From a virus: a stretch of 64,000 nucleotides of DNA. Where the stretch lies: positions 1-64,000 of the IMG/VR virus record IMGVR_UViG_3300045541_000131; one strand, 5' to 3'. The notes below the pieces were generated by a model. The model made no database searches, was not told the origin of the DNA, and saw only the letters and a program-made list of their open reading frames with translations. Positions 8,645-19,214 of this stretch are shown piece by piece. Both the position numbers and the translations under genes were made by a program. Numbering within the stretch: position 1 is the first letter of the stretch; every line of letters begins with the position of its first letter.

Positions 8645-9909
8645 CTGAATAACTGATTGATAACAATCTGTCCCTGTGGTTTGCCTGCACTAAAGTTCCA
8701 ACCATGTGTTTGCATGTCTTGTGTTATAACAATTTGAATCTGTGTATTCAAAGGCTGCACAATATTAGCATAGTTTCGGCTATTTGGGCTGAGGCTTTCG
8801 TAGCCCCATCCGGCTTGTTTTGTTTCGCTTTTATCGGTCCATATCTTTTTGAGGTATGGATTTTCTTTTTCTTTTTCAGGCTCAATGGTTGTAGTTGTGG
8901 TCGCAGTTGCAGCGGCTGTTGAAGCTGCTACTTCTTTATTTTCTACTTGTGCAATTGTGACTTCTGGTACTTTTGTAGTATCTTCTAATGCGGCAGCTAA
9001 GTCTGTTTTAACTGTAGTATCAGCTACAGCAGATTCAGTTTTTTCTTCTTGTTGTGCTTCGCCAGTTTGAGATTCTTGTGCTGCTGATTTACCAGAAGCT
9101 CGTCTAGCTACTCGCTTGTTGTCAGATGATTTTTTATCGGCAGTTTGTTTTTCTTCAGCAGGAGGATCTTTATCTTCTCGTTTATTTTCTTTTGTGGCAC
9201 CTGTAGCTGCGGCCGCTGCTCTGGCCGCTGCAACAACGCTGGCACCCGATGCTGTTCTTGGCGGTGATATCTGTAAATTGTTGCCAATGGCAGAACCGAA
9301 TAAATTTACAGTAATAGGAGGAGTCGGTGGTTGGCCAGCATTTTCAACTAGTGTAGCTTGATATGGTCTATTCATACTGACCATATTAGGACCGCTTTGT
9401 ACATCAATTGCCCCGCTACCGCAGACTAGACCTTTAACAGCACTGGTTTCCCAATCACATGTGGGCATAAGAATAACCATACTGCTGCCTATTTCATTGA
9501 CACTCATAATAAAGTCTGTGCCTCGGACGGCAATGGCCGCAGTGGGTGTATTAATTTTTACTTGCTTGGGATCTTTGGCAATAGCACCAGAAACATAACG
9601 AACTGTTCCACTGCCGGCCTTTAATCCTAAACTGCCTTTGCCGCTTTTTGGATCGTAGACGAAATCGTCAATAACTAAACTACTGTGTTCAGTGACGCTG
9701 ACTTGTGTGTCATCTTTAAAAACAATTTTTACTTTGCCGTTTTTGGTTTCTACTTTGTCGTTTTGCTCTACAACTGTACCTTTAGTAACAGCGATAGTTT
9801 CTTTGCCACGCTTAATGCTAGCTTGGCCCGATAATTCTGTTACCGAGCCAATGCTAGCAAGTGCAGGACCTGCAAGTAGACATCCCAACAACAGGGCAAT
9901 CAGCTTCAC
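8641..9909 (-). CDS. FecR-domain secreted protein
   Basis: Signal peptide; D.VET.NG...F.DDT...E.SSL.ID; TPTAAIAVRGTDF. Confidence 0.85.
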   Translation of the reverse strand: MKLIALLLGCLLAGPALASIGSVTELSGQASIKRGKETIAVTKGTVVEQNDKVETKNGKVKIVFKDDTQVSVTEHSSLVIDDFVYDPKSGKGSLGLKAGSGTVRYVSGAIAKDPKQVKINTPTAAIAVRGTDFIMSVNEIGSSMVILMPTCDWETSAVKGLVCGSGAIDVQSGPNMVSMNRPYQATLVENAGQPPTPPITVNLFGSAIGNNLQISPPRTASGASVVAAARAAAAATGATKENKREDKDPPAEEKQTADKKSSDNKRVARRASGKSAAQESQTGEAQQEEKTESAVADTTVKTDLAAALEDTTKVPEVTIAQVENKEVAASTAAATATTTTTIEPEKEKENPYLKKIWTDKSETKQAGWGYESLSPNSRNYANIVQPLNTQIQIVITQDMQTHGWNFSAGKPQGQIVINQLFR

Positions 9910-9919
9910 TGCTGACTCC

Positions 9920-10711
9920 TTAGTTCTTCTGAGTGATATTAAATGTGCCGCTGTTTGCTACACTCTTAATATTAAGAACACTGTCAACAGTACCAGTTTG
10001 ACTAACTGTAATGTTGTTATTGTTACCAGTTAGATCAATCCAAATACTAGAACCGGCTGCACCGCTGCTACGCTGATTGATGTTGAATGTGTTGGTATCA
10101 CCTAAAACTTTGATAGTTTGTGTGTGCTTGTCACCAATAACATCCATGAAGAAACTGTTGCTGTGACCTGTTACATCAACGCTGCTGGTTTGATCAGCAC
10201 CTGTACCACGATACTGTAATAGGTTGCTGTTGCCAGTGAACTTCCAGTTAGCATCAAAGCTGTTACAGCCTGTTAGAGCTGTACCACCTACGCTGGCTGT
10301 ACCATAGCCGCAAGCTGCATCAACAGTGTTGCTGTTGCCAATTTGTTGAACAGTAACAGTAGAACCCTTACCGGAACCTGTTGTGTCATTTACTACTTCT
10401 AGGTTGATTTCATTGTTGTTGCCAGTCTGTTTGGTAACAATAGTTTGATCAATACCACGAAGATAGATAGGACGAGCAGCACTACCTTGCTTGTTGCCGC
10501 TGCCTTCTTGTGTGACATTGACATTAGGGTTATTGCCGCTTTGGTCAATAAACACACGGTTGGTAGTTGTGTTAGCTAATGCTGTGGCAGCATTGGGGCT
10601 AACTGTAATCATTGTAGGAATTGTTGGCGCTGCTGGTGCAGTAACGGCGGTCTGTGCAAATGCACTTCCGTATACTCCGGCTAATGCCATTACTAATAGA
10701 ACCTTTTTCAT
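9920..10711 (-). CDS. curlin-repeat protein (CsgA/CsgB-like)
   Basis: Signal peptide; IDQSGNNPNVNVTQEGSGN, QTGNNN, QIGNSN repeats; directly downstream of csgG. Confidence 0.75.
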   Translation of the reverse strand: MKKVLLVMALAGVYGSAFAQTAVTAPAAPTIPTMITVSPNAATALANTTTNRVFIDQSGNNPNVNVTQEGSGNKQGSAARPIYLRGIDQTIVTKQTGNNNEINLEVVNDTTGSGKGSTVTVQQIGNSNTVDAACGYGTASVGGTALTGCNSFDANWKFTGNSNLLQYRGTGADQTSSVDVTGHSNSFFMDVIGDKHTQTIKVLGDTNTFNINQRSSGAAGSSIWIDLTGNNNNITVSQTGTVDSVLNIKSVANSGTFNITQKN

Positions 10712-11550
10712 TTGTCGCTCCTTTTTAAATCTGGAAGTTTAGGTGTTGCGGGATTTTCTTTAAACTTCCATAGATTCAGTCTTTCGCCTTTCTTGATCAA
10801 TTCAAGAACTGCTGTCTCAATAGCACTACGCAATGCGTAATTTCCCGGCTCGTTAAATGTTTGACTGCTGTCAAATTCAAATGCTCTAGTTGCTTGATTA
10901 AAGAATCTTAATGCAGTTACACCTTCACTAGTGCTGAGTAAATTCTTTTCAACGGTAACTGTGGTTAACACTTCACCTGTCTGAACACTGACTAGTCGAA
11001 GACTGATTACGACAATATCCTGTGTGTACTGTGTGTAAGGACCAATACCTAACCAACGAGCACCTGTGCCGCCTGTTAGTGTATTACTGTTATAGTCAAT
11101 GATACCGCCTTCTAAAATAACTCCAGCTAGAGTCATGGGAGGCAATAATTTTGCTTTGTCGCCTTCGTAGATTTCTCTAGTCTGACGAATCATTTGACGC
11201 TCTTTTAATAGATTGTCTAGACCAACACGCTCGACTACTGTGAACCATTGACGATTGCCTACTTCATTCAGGCTTTTAATCAAATATGCTTCAGCACCTT
11301 GTGTTACGGCTGTACTGAATGTGCTGAGTGTATTGCTAGGTTTGCGTTGACCGGTTAGATCCTTAAAACCATAAACTGCCACAGTAATTGGGGCGCCAGC
11401 TGGTGCCGGAGCAGATTCGAAATCTTTAACAATAGTTTTTGCTACAGTAGCTTCGTCTCCTCGGTTATAATCGCCTAGAGGTCTTACTGTACTGCATCCT
11501 GCTAGTGTTAAAGCTGCTAGTGTGATCAATGATAATTTTAATGCCTTCAT
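10708..11550 (-). CDS. csgG: curli secretion lipoprotein CsgG
   Basis: Lipobox LAGC; VAVYGFKDLTGQRKP, STAVTQGA, WFTVVERVGLDNLLKERQMIR. Confidence 0.93.
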   Translation of the reverse strand: MKALKLSLITLAALTLAGCSTVRPLGDYNRGDEATVAKTIVKDFESAPAPAGAPITVAVYGFKDLTGQRKPSNTLSTFSTAVTQGAEAYLIKSLNEVGNRQWFTVVERVGLDNLLKERQMIRQTREIYEGDKAKLLPPMTLAGVILEGGIIDYNSNTLTGGTGARWLGIGPYTQYTQDIVVISLRLVSVQTGEVLTTVTVEKNLLSTSEGVTALRFFNQATRAFEFDSSQTFNEPGNYALRSAIETAVLELIKKGERLNLWKFKENPATPKLPDLKRSDK

Positions 11551-11559
11551 AGTTTGTCC

Positions 11560-12030
11560 TTAGAATCCAAAACTTGCTATTGGTACTGTAACTGTAGTAA
11601 CAGTGCCTTTGGCATCAACTACTGTTAACACAACATGAGTTTCTGTTTTGCGCCATGTAACTGTGTTGCCATCTAATACAAATGATCCTGTGGTAGGATT
11701 AACACAGCCAGGTATTGGGCCGTCTAGGCCAGCACATCTGTTTTGGAATAGATTGTTACTTAACTGTGTGGCCAACTGGGCATATACTTGGCTTTGAAAC
11801 AGACTCATAAATCTGTTTAACGGTGTGTTTAGTATGTCTGCTTCTGCTTTAGCAATATCAGCTTTGCGCTGTGATTCGATAGCATCTCTGCGGCTCTTTT
11901 CGATACTATCAATAGTCAATGCATGACTACTCCAACCCTGGCCGCTAAAGGCTGGATTTTTAAATTGATGTACTAACTCTGCCGATGCCATGGCTGGCAC
12001 ACATAGAAGTAAACACAGAACCTTTTTCAT
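11560..12030 (-). CDS. csgF: curli assembly protein CsgF-like
   Basis: Signal peptide then ELVHQFKNPAFSG; GGAG RBS before 12030; adjacent to csgG. Confidence 0.8.
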   Translation of the reverse strand: MKKVLCLLLCVPAMASAELVHQFKNPAFSGQGWSSHALTIDSIEKSRRDAIESQRKADIAKAEADILNTPLNRFMSLFQSQVYAQLATQLSNNLFQNRCAGLDGPIPGCVNPTTGSFVLDGNTVTWRKTETHVVLTVVDAKGTVTTVTVPIASFGF

Positions 12031-12094
12031 AAATGCTCCAAATAAATTGACTACTGTCATACGATAGTAGTATTTAAAGCATTTTTGGGTGGAA

Positions 12095-12466
12095 TTAAAT
12101 GGGTAGTAAAATCATTGCTATGACTAAGTAAGTGATTTGGTGCGCCAGCTGATCTTGTCCGAACTGATTCCAAAACAGTGGTTTAGTATTATCTTTACAA
12201 CCGTATCTAACTTTTACATAGTCAATAATATAGTGAAAGATACCTTCAGCAATGCCAATTGCTATGATTAAAAAGGCATTCATTGGAATTACCATGCTGC
12301 AAATCAATAGCGCAACATAAGTTCCAATCATGTGTTCACAACTGTGACTGATGCCAACAGGATGCAACCACACGCCTTTCTTAACTGTCTGCATGTAGGT
12401 CTGAATTACAAAATCAGCCACATAGTGTTTGACTTGTAACAAGAGCAATAGGAATAAAGTATCCAT
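12095..12466 (-). CDS. DUF3307-like membrane protein
   Basis: KHYVADFVIQ...H...HYIIDYVK...DQLAH. Confidence 0.75.
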   Translation of the reverse strand: MDTLFLLLLLQVKHYVADFVIQTYMQTVKKGVWLHPVGISHSCEHMIGTYVALLICSMVIPMNAFLIIAIGIAEGIFHYIIDYVKVRYGCKDNTKPLFWNQFGQDQLAHQITYLVIAMILLPI

Positions 12467-12509
12467 ATTATGTATAGGTATTTATAGTTCGACGCCGCTA
12501 AATACTCTT

Positions 12510-12824
12510 ATGAAAACTGCACTTTTAGCTGGTATATTTGCTCTTTTTTCTACAGGCGCTTTTGGGCAAATAGTTGTTCAACGACCCATAGTTTGCGGTG
12601 ATGCAACGGCAGTTTTTTCAGAAATCACTGGCAAAGATATTAAAGAATCTCCCCAATGGACTGGACTTAGTGACAGCGGCAACAGTGGTTTTGTACTTTT
12701 AGTAAATCCAAAAACTAAAACATGGACTTTTATACAATTTGAAAAGTCAACAGCCTGTATTTTGGGATTGGGCAAAGAATCCGATTTTAGGGATTTAACT
12801 GTAAATCCAAAGCCTAAAGATTAA
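12510..12824 (+). CDS. secreted hypothetical protein
   Basis: Signal peptide; TAAATA at 12499-12504 supports ATG 12510. Confidence 0.6.
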   Translation: MKTALLAGIFALFSTGAFGQIVVQRPIVCGDATAVFSEITGKDIKESPQWTGLSDSGNSGFVLLVNPKTKTWTFIQFEKSTACILGLGKESDFRDLTVNPKPKD

Positions 12825-12833
12825 CCAAAAACA

Positions 12834-12862
12834 TTGACACAGCAGTCATTAACTGCTACTAT
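12834..12862 (+). promoter_or_regulatory. sigma70-type promoter
   Basis: TTGACA-17nt-TACTAT upstream of the hydrolase/SUF run. Confidence 0.75.
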
Positions 12863-12919
12863 TACGGATCCGTTGTTGCGGATATGTATTAATTCCAGCG
12901 TAAAAGGAGGTCATACTGA

Positions 12920-13471
12920 ATGCTACGCATATTAAAATTTGTAATTGTAGTCATTGCTGCCATAGCCGTCGGCTGGGTGGCATATTGGGCTATCAGTTAT
13001 AAACTCAAACAACTTAAGGCTGCTGAGTCTCCGGAAATGAGTCAAGTCACTGCCGAAGTAAGAAACCGTCAACTCGAATGTTTGGCTAAGAACATTTACT
13101 ATGAAGCCGGCTATGAACCATTTGAAGGCAAAGTAGCTGTGGCACAGGTTACATTAAACAGAGTCGAAAGTGGCAAGTTCCCTAACGATGTTTGCAGAGT
13201 TATCTATCAAAAGAATGTTGTATACGATAAGGTAATTTGCCAGTTTAGTTGGTACTGCGAACAAAGCGGTGGACTCAAGCCCAAGCATCCGGCTGCTTAC
13301 AAGGAAAGCATGGAAGTAGCCAAAAAGGTCCTACTGGAAGGATTCAGACTACCCAGTCTAAGCAATGCGATTTATTTTCACGCAGAGCATGTCAACCCAG
13401 GATGGAATAAAGAAAAGATTGCCAAAATTGGCCGTCATATCTTTTACAGTGATAACCCAGGAAAAAAGTAA
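12920..13471 (+). CDS. cell wall hydrolase, SleB/Hydrolase_2 family
   Basis: CLAKNIYYEAGYE, AVAQVTLNRV, CQFSW, IGRHIFY; N-terminal TM. Confidence 0.92.
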   Translation: MLRILKFVIVVIAAIAVGWVAYWAISYKLKQLKAAESPEMSQVTAEVRNRQLECLAKNIYYEAGYEPFEGKVAVAQVTLNRVESGKFPNDVCRVIYQKNVVYDKVICQFSWYCEQSGGLKPKHPAAYKESMEVAKKVLLEGFRLPSLSNAIYFHAEHVNPGWNKEKIAKIGRHIFYSDNPGKK

Positions 13472-13795
13472 ATGAAAAAGATTATTGAATTTTTTAACAA
13501 ATTGTTTGTTGACGCTTCGACAACCATCAAGACTCACTTAGTCACAGTCAGTGCTGAAACATTGGGATGGATTGGTGTAATTCTTATTCACCTTGCAACT
13601 ATTCCAACACTGTTGGCCATCCTTACTGGCCTAACCGAAAAGACCCCGCCAGTTGATTTGGTCTTGGCCATGTGGGCTGGTTTGTTCATGTTCTTTATCA
13701 AGGCTGCTATCAGCAAGGATCTATTGAACATTGTAACTATTGGTCTTGGCTTTGTAATTCAAGCAACACTGATGGCTCTAATCATTTTTAAATGA
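13472..13795 (+). CDS. multi-TM membrane protein
   Basis: Three hydrophobic segments. Confidence 0.65.
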   Translation: MKKIIEFFNKLFVDASTTIKTHLVTVSAETLGWIGVILIHLATIPTLLAILTGLTEKTPPVDLVLAMWAGLFMFFIKAAISKDLLNIVTIGLGFVIQATLMALIIFK

Positions 13796-14034
13796 TTCGA
13801 CTTTTGGTCAAAACTCTAAATGTCGGGGATGTAGAAGACCCCGACATTTATTTGGGTGCTGCTTGGTATGACTTTGAGCAGACAGAACAAGGTCAATGGA
13901 TTAAAACCCATGGCCAAGATCTAACTTATCATCGACACATGGATTACCAGACATATGGCTATAAGTATTCAATAACTGGCATGTTCACTGAAGAAGATGC
14001 CTTATACTACAAGTTAAAGTGGGGCATTAGTTAA
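13792..14034 (+). CDS. hypothetical phage protein
   Basis: Coupled ORF ending EEDALYYKLKW. Confidence 0.65.
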   Translation: MIRLLVKTLNVGDVEDPDIYLGAAWYDFEQTEQGQWIKTHGQDLTYHRHMDYQTYGYKYSITGMFTEEDALYYKLKWGIS

Positions 14035-14042
14035 ATAAATCG

Positions 14043-14378
14043 ATGACTAAAAATCAGGCCTATTGGAATAGTAGTAAATTTTGTTGGGAAATAGTAGTTA
14101 CTGAACCAGCGGGAGATAGGTATGAACAAGTTATCAAACACGCCAATGCTGCTAGCCAAATGCTCAAAGACCAGGGCGTAAAATACATCGATGCTTACAT
14201 CAAAGTACAGCCAGATGTTCAGTTTATATTAATCACAGACTTTGATTGGTACATCAAAAATGAAAAAGAAATTTTTGATTGGGCTAAAGAAAGCAATATC
14301 AATGTTCGATTAAACGGAATGATATTAGAATTTTCAAGCAATGAAGACAAAATGATGTTTATGCTAAGGTGGCAATGA
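14043..14378 (+). CDS. hypothetical phage protein
   Basis: Ends [11 protein letters not shown]. Confidence 0.6.
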   Translation: MTKNQAYWNSSKFCWEIVVTEPAGDRYEQVIKHANAASQMLKDQGVKYIDAYIKVQPDVQFILITDFDWYIKNEKEIFDWAKESNINVRLNGMILEFSSNEDKMMFMLRWQ

Positions 14379-15790
14379 AAGAATTAGAACAAGAATACAC
14401 AGCTGGGTGGAGTTCGGACATAGATACTGAACTGCTAGGACGAGGCCTAAATGAAAACACAGTCAGACTAATCAGCAGTAAGAACAACGAACCCCAGTGG
14501 CTATTGGCATGGAGACTAGAAGCCTTAAATAAGTTAAAGGAACTCAAAGAACCCAACTGGGCGGAACTCGACTATGATAGACCCAATTACGATGAGATCT
14601 ATTATCACAGCCGTCCCAAGAAGTTGGCCGCGAGCCTTGAGGAGGTTGATCCAGAGATTCTTGCTGACTTTGAGCGTCTTGGAATACCCTTGCATGAACG
14701 AGCAACCTTGGCGGGGGTGGCAGTAGATGCTGTTTACGACAGCGTCAGTATTGGCACTACCTACAAAGAAAAACTAGCAGAAGAAGGTATTATCTTTTGT
14801 AGCTTTAGTGAAGCAGTACAAGAACATCCTGAACTAGTAAAAGAATATCTCGGCACAGTTGTTACACAAAAAGACAATTGGTTTGCCTGCATTAACTCAG
14901 CAGTATTCAGCGACGGTAGTTTTGTTTATATACCGCCAGGTAAGCGTTGTCCACTAGAACTCAGCACTTACTTTAGAATCAACAGCGCCAACAGTGGCCA
15001 GTTTGAGCGCACATTAATTATAGCAGACAAGGACAGTTATGTATCTTATTTGGAGGGATGTACGGCACCCAAACGTGACGAGAATCAACTACATGCCGCA
15101 GTCGTCGAACTTGTTGCCCTTGATAGGGCCGAAATCAAATATTCGACTGTACAAAACTGGTACCCAGGAGACGACCAAGGCCGCGGAGGTATCTACAACT
15201 TTGTTACCAAACGCGGGCGGTGTCGTGGTGAACGGAGTAGAATTAGTTGGACTCAAGTGGAAACAGGATCAGCTGTCACTTGGAAATACCCTAGTTGCAT
15301 ACTCCAAGGTCGTGAATCCGTGGGAGAGTTTTACTCAGTGGCCGTTACCAAAGGCCGCCAACAGGCCGACACTGGTACGAAAATGATTCATATTGGTGAA
15401 GGCACTCGCAGTAAGATTATCAGTAAAGGTATCAGTTTAGGTAATAGCAGCAACACCTATAGAGGTTTGGTGCGTATGGCACCTACTGCTAAAAATGCTC
15501 GCAACTTCACACAATGTGACAGCCTAATGATTGGCAACAATAGCCGTGCCAATACTATTCCCTATACTGAAATCAATAACGACTCTGCTCAAATAGAACA
15601 CGAAGCCACTACGGGTCAAGTCAGTGAAGAAGAATTATATTATTTGGCAACACGCGGCTTGTGTCCTGAACAAGCAGCCAGTATAATAGTAAATGGCTTT
15701 TGTCGCAGCGTGTTGAATACCTTGCCCTTGGAGTTTGCCGCCGAAGCCAATAAGCTACTAAGTGTACAGATGGAAGGCAGTATTGGATGA
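14375..15790 (+). CDS. sufB: Fe-S cluster assembly protein SufB
   Basis: [69 protein letters not shown]. Confidence 0.97.
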   Translation: MKELEQEYTAGWSSDIDTELLGRGLNENTVRLISSKNNEPQWLLAWRLEALNKLKELKEPNWAELDYDRPNYDEIYYHSRPKKLAASLEEVDPEILADFERLGIPLHERATLAGVAVDAVYDSVSIGTTYKEKLAEEGIIFCSFSEAVQEHPELVKEYLGTVVTQKDNWFACINSAVFSDGSFVYIPPGKRCPLELSTYFRINSANSGQFERTLIIADKDSYVSYLEGCTAPKRDENQLHAAVVELVALDRAEIKYSTVQNWYPGDDQGRGGIYNFVTKRGRCRGERSRISWTQVETGSAVTWKYPSCILQGRESVGEFYSVAVTKGRQQADTGTKMIHIGEGTRSKIISKGISLGNSSNTYRGLVRMAPTAKNARNFTQCDSLMIGNNSRANTIPYTEINNDSAQIEHEATTGQVSEEELYYLATRGLCPEQAASIIVNGFCRSVLNTLPLEFAAEANKLLSVQMEGSIG

Positions 15791-16578
15791 TCACATTTAT
15801 TTCTTACATACCCGGAGCTCGAGGAAAGTTTGTTGCAGAATTATGTCAACTATCCATGACCACCGGAGAAGTCTACGGAAATCCAACCAGCGCCGGCGGA
15901 AACATAACATGGATCAATTTCATTCAACATGATTTAGAAAAATTAGGAATTCAATGGACTGATGTGCATCATCTCGATCCCGAGCATGAAAAGTATAAGT
16001 TTTATATTGACAGCATAAGTTCATGTTTATCTAAATTTGAGAATAACAACTTTTTCGTAGATACTCATTATCTCTTAAAAGACACACTGGAATATGCATT
16101 GAGTCAAGGTCATAAGGTCATAAGAATTGTTGTTAGTAATCATAAGCAATACGAGCAAATAAACAATCATTTTTTTTACAAAAACTTTGTTTCTACTTTA
16201 AGTGACGATCAAAAAAGATTAGACCTGGCCAAAAGAATTGTCGAGCAATCAGAGCATGGACCATATCGATTAAAGTTAAACCTAGTTCGAGATCAATTCG
16301 ATCTACCACTCAACCGCTGGAATATAGAAGCACTAACAATTTTATATAAACTTTGCGGGGAGTTTTTTAAAATTCAAAAGCCTAATATCATAACGCATGA
16401 GAATTTACTCGAAGTCGAGTACGATAGCCTCTTGAATTTTGAAAATGTTAATAGAATAATAAATTTTGTCGGTGGCGAATTTAATGATCATGTAAAAAAA
16501 CGATTCGATACCTATGTCGCAGAACAAAATAAAATACCCCCATTTGATGTTTACATAAACGAATTTACAAAATGTTGA
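15787..16578 (+). CDS. hypothetical protein (sulfotransferase-like N-terminal loop) inserted in the suf operon
   Basis: [12 protein letters not shown]; AT-rich. Confidence 0.6.
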   Translation: MITFISYIPGARGKFVAELCQLSMTTGEVYGNPTSAGGNITWINFIQHDLEKLGIQWTDVHHLDPEHEKYKFYIDSISSCLSKFENNNFFVDTHYLLKDTLEYALSQGHKVIRIVVSNHKQYEQINNHFFYKNFVSTLSDDQKRLDLAKRIVEQSEHGPYRLKLNLVRDQFDLPLNRWNIEALTILYKLCGEFFKIQKPNIITHENLLEVEYDSLLNFENVNRIINFVGGEFNDHVKKRFDTYVAEQNKIPPFDVYINEFTKC

Positions 16579-17234
16579 AAATTACAAACTTAACTGCCAA
16601 AATACAGGATAAAGAAATACTGCATGGCATTAACTTAGACCTGATTCCTGGTCAGTGCCTCTTAATAACAGGACACAATGGCAGTGGTAAAAGTACATTG
16701 CTACATACCATTATGGGCAGACCCGACATCGAATCCAATGGATATATCGATTATAATGGTCTAGCACTGCAAGCCATGGCTTGTCATGAACGAGCACAAA
16801 AAGGTGTGTTTATGTTTCATCAAGCACCGCCTACCATCGACGGCGTCAATACCATGACCCTGTTAAATGAAATTAACAATCTGCAAAATAATAAATTATC
16901 CCGGCGAGAGTTAATTGATAATGCTAAACGAATGTTTGCCGATGTCAATTTACCTTCAGACTGGACCAAGCGAACTTTTAATTCAGGTGCCAGTGGAGGC
17001 GAACGTAAAAAGAACGAACTAATTCAAGCTGAATTATTTGCCGGTGGCCTATTATTATTAGATGAACCTGACAGTGGCTTAGAACAGGCCAGCAGACAAC
17101 GAATTATTGATCTTATTGCTAAGAACAGCAAGCAGGGCGGGATTACTTTGTTAGTTACACATGATCGCGACTTGCAGAGTATCTACATGAAAAATCATAT
17201 TGAGCTAGAAAATGGTCAAATCGTTAGACGTTAA
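16572..17234 (+). CDS. sufC: SufC ABC-type ATPase
   Basis: GHNGSGKST, SGGERKKNE, LLDEPDSGL, LLVTH. Confidence 0.9.
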   Translation: MLKITNLTAKIQDKEILHGINLDLIPGQCLLITGHNGSGKSTLLHTIMGRPDIESNGYIDYNGLALQAMACHERAQKGVFMFHQAPPTIDGVNTMTLLNEINNLQNNKLSRRELIDNAKRMFADVNLPSDWTKRTFNSGASGGERKKNELIQAELFAGGLLLLDEPDSGLEQASRQRIIDLIAKNSKQGGITLLVTHDRDLQSIYMKNHIELENGQIVRR

Positions 17235-17682
17235 ACGACTCTGCGAAGATATGGATAAAGTGAACATGCACTTTGCCACCGTATCAACTGATCAAACTCA
17301 GACGATTGATATTTGCATAGTGCAAACTGAAGGTACATGCGACGCCAGTATTATTATTGAACCTTTGCCCTATACAAAAAGTAAGATTACCATCAACATA
17401 TTTGCCGAAGGCACTGCTCGAGTAAATTGTGTTTGTAACTTAGTAGTACCAAAAGAAGTAGAGGGTGTGGAAACAGACATACAAATGCGTAGCTGGCCTT
17501 TTGATCGAAGTAAAATTTCTTCTAGGCCTGAAATGTTTATTGCCAATAGTAATGTAAAAGCTGCACACGGCAACGCCCTGGGAACTCTTAAACCCGCCGA
17601 ACAATATTATCTAAAAACGAAAGGCATTGATAATTACAAAGATTTGATTAAACAAAGCCTAATAGAATATGCCAACTCTTAA
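17212..17682 (+). CDS. sufD: short SufD-like (SufBD C-terminal) protein
   Basis: SRPEMFIANSNVKAAHG...QYYLKTKGI resembles the SufD C-terminus; position between sufC and sufS. Confidence 0.7.
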   Translation: MVKSLDVKRLCEDMDKVNMHFATVSTDQTQTIDICIVQTEGTCDASIIIEPLPYTKSKITINIFAEGTARVNCVCNLVVPKEVEGVETDIQMRSWPFDRSKISSRPEMFIANSNVKAAHGNALGTLKPAEQYYLKTKGIDNYKDLIKQSLIEYANS

Positions 17683-18868
17683 AAATCGTTTTCCATTCTT
17701 TACACATAATCCAGATTCGATCTATTTGGACAGTGCTGCTACCTCGCAGGTCTTGGATAGTGTAATCGAGGATCAAAGAAATTTTGATCTCTACTGTCGA
17801 GCAAACGCACATCGCAGTGGTCACAAAATGGGTGCTTTTGCTGACCATCAATATCATCTGGCTAAAAGAGTTATCGGCGAATGGCTAGGCCTCGAAGATG
17901 CCGAAGACAGCATTATATTCAATAGCGGAACCACACAGGGTTTATATGATGCTGTGGCAATGATTCAGCAAGAATTCAGCAGAGCCACAATTTATGTTGG
18001 CGCCGACAGCCATCACAGTCTTTATGTTCCTCTAAGAATGCTAGCATTCAACAGTAGTTTTTTTAAGTTAAAATTAATTGATGTCGATGACAATGGTAGA
18101 CTGGATTTAGACAAGCTAGAAGAAGAATTACACAAAAACAAAGAACCGAAAATTATTGCCTGTACTGCTGTCAGCAATGTATTGGGGATGGTCAATGATT
18201 TAGAAAGAATTAAGACTCTGGCAAAAATTCATGGCTGTACTACTATACTAGATGCCAGCCAAATAATTTCTAAAAGAAAGTTTGATCCTACAGGCTTTGA
18301 CTTTGTTGCCTGGTCATGGCATAAAATTTATGGACCAATGGGCCTAGGCTGTTTGTATTTAGGCAGCAGATGGCGTAAGAATGAACCTATCAGACCAGGC
18401 GGCGGTAGTGTCATTCAGGTTGACTATGATAACATTGTTTGGCAAACAACTGCTGGCAGATTTGAAAGTGGAACACAAAATTTAAGTGCGATTGTTAGTA
18501 TTCCCAAACTAGTCGAATGGTTAATGGCAAATGCCGATGAAATAGAACGGCACGACAGGCATTTGGCTCAATTAGTTAATCAGCATGTTTCTGCAACAAT
18601 GTTTAGAGCTGTCACTGAATCAGAGTCGGGCTTGCTTTGCTTAGAACCTGCAATTGGTGCAGTTGAAGATTACGGTCTTATGTTGGATGCTAAAAATATT
18701 ATGGTTCGTACTGGTAAACTTTGTGCTGAACCTATAGTCAGCAAGTTAACAAAAAATAAATCATTGATTAGAATTAGTTGGGCCGCCTATACTCAAAATA
18801 AAGATGTGGAGCTAGTTTTTGATGTGTTGGGACAAATTCATGAAAGACTTCAGAGAACTATTCGATGA
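17669..18868 (+). CDS. sufS: cysteine desulfurase SufS
   Basis: YLDSAATSQ, DASQ, SWHKIYGPMG (PLP Lys), VRTGKLCAEP (catalytic Cys). Confidence 0.9.
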   Translation: MPTLKNRFPFFTHNPDSIYLDSAATSQVLDSVIEDQRNFDLYCRANAHRSGHKMGAFADHQYHLAKRVIGEWLGLEDAEDSIIFNSGTTQGLYDAVAMIQQEFSRATIYVGADSHHSLYVPLRMLAFNSSFFKLKLIDVDDNGRLDLDKLEEELHKNKEPKIIACTAVSNVLGMVNDLERIKTLAKIHGCTTILDASQIISKRKFDPTGFDFVAWSWHKIYGPMGLGCLYLGSRWRKNEPIRPGGGSVIQVDYDNIVWQTTAGRFESGTQNLSAIVSIPKLVEWLMANADEIERHDRHLAQLVNQHVSATMFRAVTESESGLLCLEPAIGAVEDYGLMLDAKNIMVRTGKLCAEPIVSKLTKNKSLIRISWAAYTQNKDVELVFDVLGQIHERLQRTIR

Positions 18869-19214
18869 TTTGTTGGTGTTAGAAGATCCAATGGATAAGT
18901 ACGAGTGGATCATTGACTATGGTTTCAATACCACAGAGCTCGACATCAAATACCGTACAGATGCTAACTTGGTTCGTGGTTGTACTAGTCCTCTTTGGGT
19001 TGTCAAAGTCAATAACAGACTGCAAGCACAAGGTGACAGTAGCATAGTCAATGGTATTGCTGCAATGATCTGTGACTGGTATAACCAAGCCAACGAAGAA
19101 CAACGAAAAGAATTATCCTTGGCAATGTTAGAAAGTATCGGGCTTGCACCATTGCTAAGTATGGGTCGCCAAAATGGTGTTGCTAATCTAATTAAAACTA
19201 TTCAAACTTTATAA
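18840..19214 (+). CDS. sufE: sulfur acceptor SufE
   Basis: VRGCTSPLW, DSSIVNG, LSMGRQNG. Confidence 0.88.
   Translation: MKDFRELFDDLLVLEDPMDKYEWIIDYGFNTTELDIKYRTDANLVRGCTSPLWVVKVNNRLQAQGDSSIVNGIAAMICDWYNQANEEQRKELSLAMLESIGLAPLLSMGRQNGVANLIKTIQTL

Noticed and set aside
17212-17682. sufD as a pseudogene
   Set aside because: Intact ORF coupled to both neighbours, retains the C-terminal HG motif, and no upstream remnant is visible.
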